Assembly (NCBI GenBank): GCA_011109175.1
Contig: RDEW01000073.1
Location: forward strand, 107,604-171,603
DNA: 64,000 nucleotides
Direction of reading: 5' to 3'
Source of the DNA: Dicyema japonicum
Taxonomy: Eukaryota > Animalia > Dicyemida
Position 1 is the stretch's first letter. The number at the start of each line of letters is the position of its first letter. Under the pieces are notes generated by a model, which worked only from the letters and a program-made list of their open reading frames with translations, did not search any database and was not told the DNA's origin. The position numbers and the translations under genes were made by a program. Positions 60,641-64,000 of this stretch are shown here, piece after piece.

Positions 60641-63420
60641 CAACTTTCCCTACCTTTCTGCGATTTTCAGAAGGGTGGCCTACCAACTCTCCCGTTTTCT
60701 CTTTACTAATTCTGTCTGGTGATGTAGAACCTAATCCGGGACCAAACTGCACACTGATTATTCTCCAATTAAATGTAAATGCATTCCGGAATAAAGTGTT
60801 GGAATTACGGTCCACCTATCCCTCTTGAAAGCGGACATTTCCCTCATTCAAGAATCGAAGCTCTCTATAAAGTCCCCAACACCTTGTTTTCCTGGATATT
60901 GTGTACTTCGCAGGGACCGAACAAGAAATCTCGGAGTAGGATTATTGACTATCGTTAAGGATGGACTTAAAATTACGGATGTCACCGCTTTTGTATCTCT
61001 TTCTGCGAAGGGGATTTTATTCTGGAACAGATTTCTACTTAAGTTTCCTTTTCTCCGACGAGATGTTTTACACTGTGTAATGTCTATATCCCACCTCAGG
61101 AATCATGTACTACTTCCTACATCCTCAACCTATTGAGATGTGTGGAATAAAGGATCTGTCACTATGCGGAGACTTAAATGCCAAACATTCGCTCTGGCTC
61201 AGGACACAATCAGCCGACAATCATGGAGAGTACATCCTATCAATACTCGACGAATTAATTATTCTCAAAATCCGGATTCCCATACGAGGATCCCAATCCG
61301 AAAAAGGATACCCAACTTCCCCTGACTTATCATTATGCACTCCCTCCCTTGCTGGATATCTTTCATGGGATGTTCGCTATGGTTTTACAAGCGACCATAA
61401 CCAAATTGTGTTGAAACTGAAAAGATCTATCTGTCTGCCAAGATGTTCTACAAAGTTCAAGAACTATTCGAAGGCAAATTGGTTTGGATTCAGCACGTAT
61501 GTGGATAATTGTTTATCGGGACTCGTTGTGGAAGACTTCCCTATTGACAAGGCAGCCATGATGTTAACTTCAGTCATTCTAAAAGCGGACAGAATGTTAA
61601 TCCCAATATCCTCTTACAGAAAATTCAATCCGAAACTATCTTCGGGCCTCCTGGAACTTATCAAGAAACGAGATGCTTTGAAGAAAACCGGAATGCAATC
61701 AGATGGCTCTATATCGTCCATACGCTCTCTAAATCACAGAATTTCCTACACTAATCCGTGATAAACACAGACACAAGTGGAGTCGGCTTGTTGGTCGACT
61801 ATGACACAAGAACCTTCTGGAAGACACTAAAGAGTATCAACAGCCTCACAAAGTAAGATGACGGCAGAGTGGAAACCGTTACCCTTGCCCCGGAACATGC
61901 ACGGAAACTCGCTAATAACCTATGAAATACTATGTGTCGATCAGCCACAAGGACTCGACGTTCTTCACTCCTACGACGTGGAAGGACTATTAAATTTCTA
62001 CGACCAACCCGAGCCTGTGACCCCGACGGTGTCTGTGCTATCCACCTTAAACACCTAGGACCTCAGCTCATATTGTGTTATCAAGACTATACAACCAGTC
62101 TATAAATTCCCATACAATACAAACATATGGAAGAACTCATTGATAACTCCAATCCTCAAGTCTAGAAAATCAAAAGACATTCCATCCTATTACCGCCCTG
62201 TCTCCATAACTTGCGTCAAAGGTGTTGGAGAAACTTTACTAATTTTAATCACCCCTGTTCTACACAATTTCCTGATTTTCAAAAGGCTTCAGATCAGCTG
62301 TTCTACAACGACACAATTGAGATCTGTCTTCCAATTCATCACAGACGGCTTCTACGTGAAGACGCACATACGGACGGCTCTGGTGTCTATAGATATACAG
62401 AAAGCCTTCGACTCGGTTTCGAGGACTCTCCTAACAAAGAAGATCTTTAACTCAAATTTACATCCGAGTATCATGCTATGGCTGGAAAATTAAAAAAAGT
62501 CCGGATTGGAAAAATTACTTCAAAATCAAGACTACTCCCAATGGGGTCCCACAAGGCTCCTCTCTTATTTAACTTATTTCTACACGATCTACCTACTATC
62601 AATGATCAGGACACCATGTTTTTATCTTCTGCGGACAACCTGCTTATCGCTGGAAGAGACAAATCTCCCTCCAGGGCTGTGGTTTAGTCACATCTCAACC
62701 AGGTGTGTGACTGGCTATCCATGAATTTGCTGTTTGTGTCTGCATTTAAGTCTCAATTCACGCTATTTACTACGGACAGAAGATTTAAAGATGGACTTTA
62801 GATATTCCTCGGAAACATTCCCATTCCTTATACACGAATCAGAAGATCCTTGGAGTAACTTCGACTCTTTGATGACGTTCGTCAGTCACATGGAGGTGTT
62901 AACCAAGGGTCTTTGAAAATGGAACGTCCTAAAGCCATCGTAAAGAAGACCCCCTTTCCTCCTACTGCTTGGATCAGCAAAGTACATTTCCAAGTTATTG
63001 CGCCTACGATTGAATATGCCTGTTCTGCCTGGAGATTCGCCATTTCTTCTACGAGGGTGGAGCGTGTGAATTCTATCAGACGGAAGATTATGAGGCACAT
63101 ACAATCAGACTCCACATCCGTCCCCAGTCAGCTTTCAGAGGAGGCGACGGTGAGAAATGGCCTGGGCTTCCTACGTATGTGCAATGAGCTAGGAAACCCA
63201 TTCAGAGAGAGGGTGGTTCATGCGGAAGAATTCAGATCGGCATTAAAAAAGTGCAATCCGATAGAATTCCTATGCAGAAATAAAAGAAGACACTTCAGAA
63301 ACGCTGTTGGTTCACTGGCGGAGAATTCGAAGAGAATTTGAGAGATGTTGGAGGCTGGGATGACAAAATTTAGCAAGTTAATTCTTTCTTGGTGGTCTTG
63401 GGGTTAAAAATAATAAATGA
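60574..63420 (+). mobile_element. Full-length but decayed Ingi/Vingi-like element (ribozyme-like leader - 2A - APE - RT - 3' UTR)
   Basis: LILSGDVEPNPGP (60718-60744), DISLIQESKL, CGDLNAKH, SDHNQ, YRPVSI, DIQKAFDSV, family 3' UTR at 63345-63420. Confidence 0.88.
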
Positions 63421-63429
63421 GATTATTGA

Positions 63430-64000
63430 ACGAGGTAGGAAGTATATACAGGAAAGGTTTGGAAGTCGTGGGTTCGAATCTGAAGGGAGCTTTCAGTGAA
63501 GGTAGATTGTCCTCAAAAAGATTGAGAACTCTTCGCTTAAGAATAAAGTGATGTACGCGAAAGTAGGACGTGTGATGAAAGTAGAAGGTGGACCTATTTC
63601 TCCGCTCCTTTTAGAAACGGAAGTCTGTAATTGATTATTGGAGGATGGATTTCGTCGACACAATCAGTTCTCCCTTAGGTTAACTCCTTGGAATGATTAT
63701 TTGTGACTGTTTGAGCTAGGCTTACCAAAGATTGCAAGTTGAAGTCTAATTAAGGTACATCCAGTTACCAAACTCAAGCAACAGGTCCATATCCGCCATT
63801 GTGGGAACCCCTCCAGTGGAGTAGAGAAGAGGTAGATCCTTTTTGGATTCCAGTCAGACATTGAGTGTTTCATAAACAGGTGATCTATTAAAAATTGACA
63901 GGAAGCAAAAAGGAATACTTCGACTAGGCAGTTAACATCGTAGGAATCAAACCCACAACCAATAGCGACTAGAACGAAAGCACTAACCACTAATCTACCT
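63430..64000 (-). mobile_element. Degraded APE-type RT fragment running off the window end
   Basis: Decayed motif-A-like (LVAI...FDS) and GVPQ-like segments. Confidence 0.45.

Noticed and set aside
1-64000. Fanzor/TnpB, Helitron, Polinton or Penelope elements
   Set aside because: No RuvC-ZnF, Rep/helicase, pPolB/capsid or GIY-YIG motifs were recognised in any frame I read.

Overview
Eukaryotic (very likely animal) genomic DNA, not prokaryotic. About eight compact host genes are split by roughly 40 ultra-short GT-AG introns, almost all 21-27 nt: a HAD phosphatase (PGP-like), a K/E-rich repeat protein, a minimal HP1, an intermediate-filament protein with a lamin-tail domain, poly(A) polymerase, uridine phosphorylase and threonyl-tRNA synthetase. 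A bZIP factor is the one intronless gene. The genes sit in a dense graveyard of nested transposons: CRE-like RLE non-LTR elements with an N-terminal PHD finger, RTE elements, Ingi/Vingi-like APE-RT elements, R4-like and I/Jockey-like fragments, pogo/Tigger, hAT, Tc1, a Ginger-like integrase, a copia remnant and a tRNA-derived SINE family. Intron size plus a cytoplasmic-type IF protein suggest a reduced spiralian parasite such as a dicyemid; this is inference only. The most notable signals are: (1) Ingi/Vingi-like elements whose 5' ends combine an HDV-like ribozyme fold with a 2A 'StopGo' peptide ahead of the endonuclease; (2) a SINE whose tail copies the 3' end of a co-resident RTE; (3) transposon genes carrying host-sized mini-introns; (4) PHD-bearing CRE elements; (5) a four-level nested insertion with readable target-site duplications. 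Single-base losses in homopolymers inside conserved genes warn that some frameshifts may be assembly errors. All calls come from manual reading and motif recall, with no database searches. Boundaries of degraded fragments are approximate.
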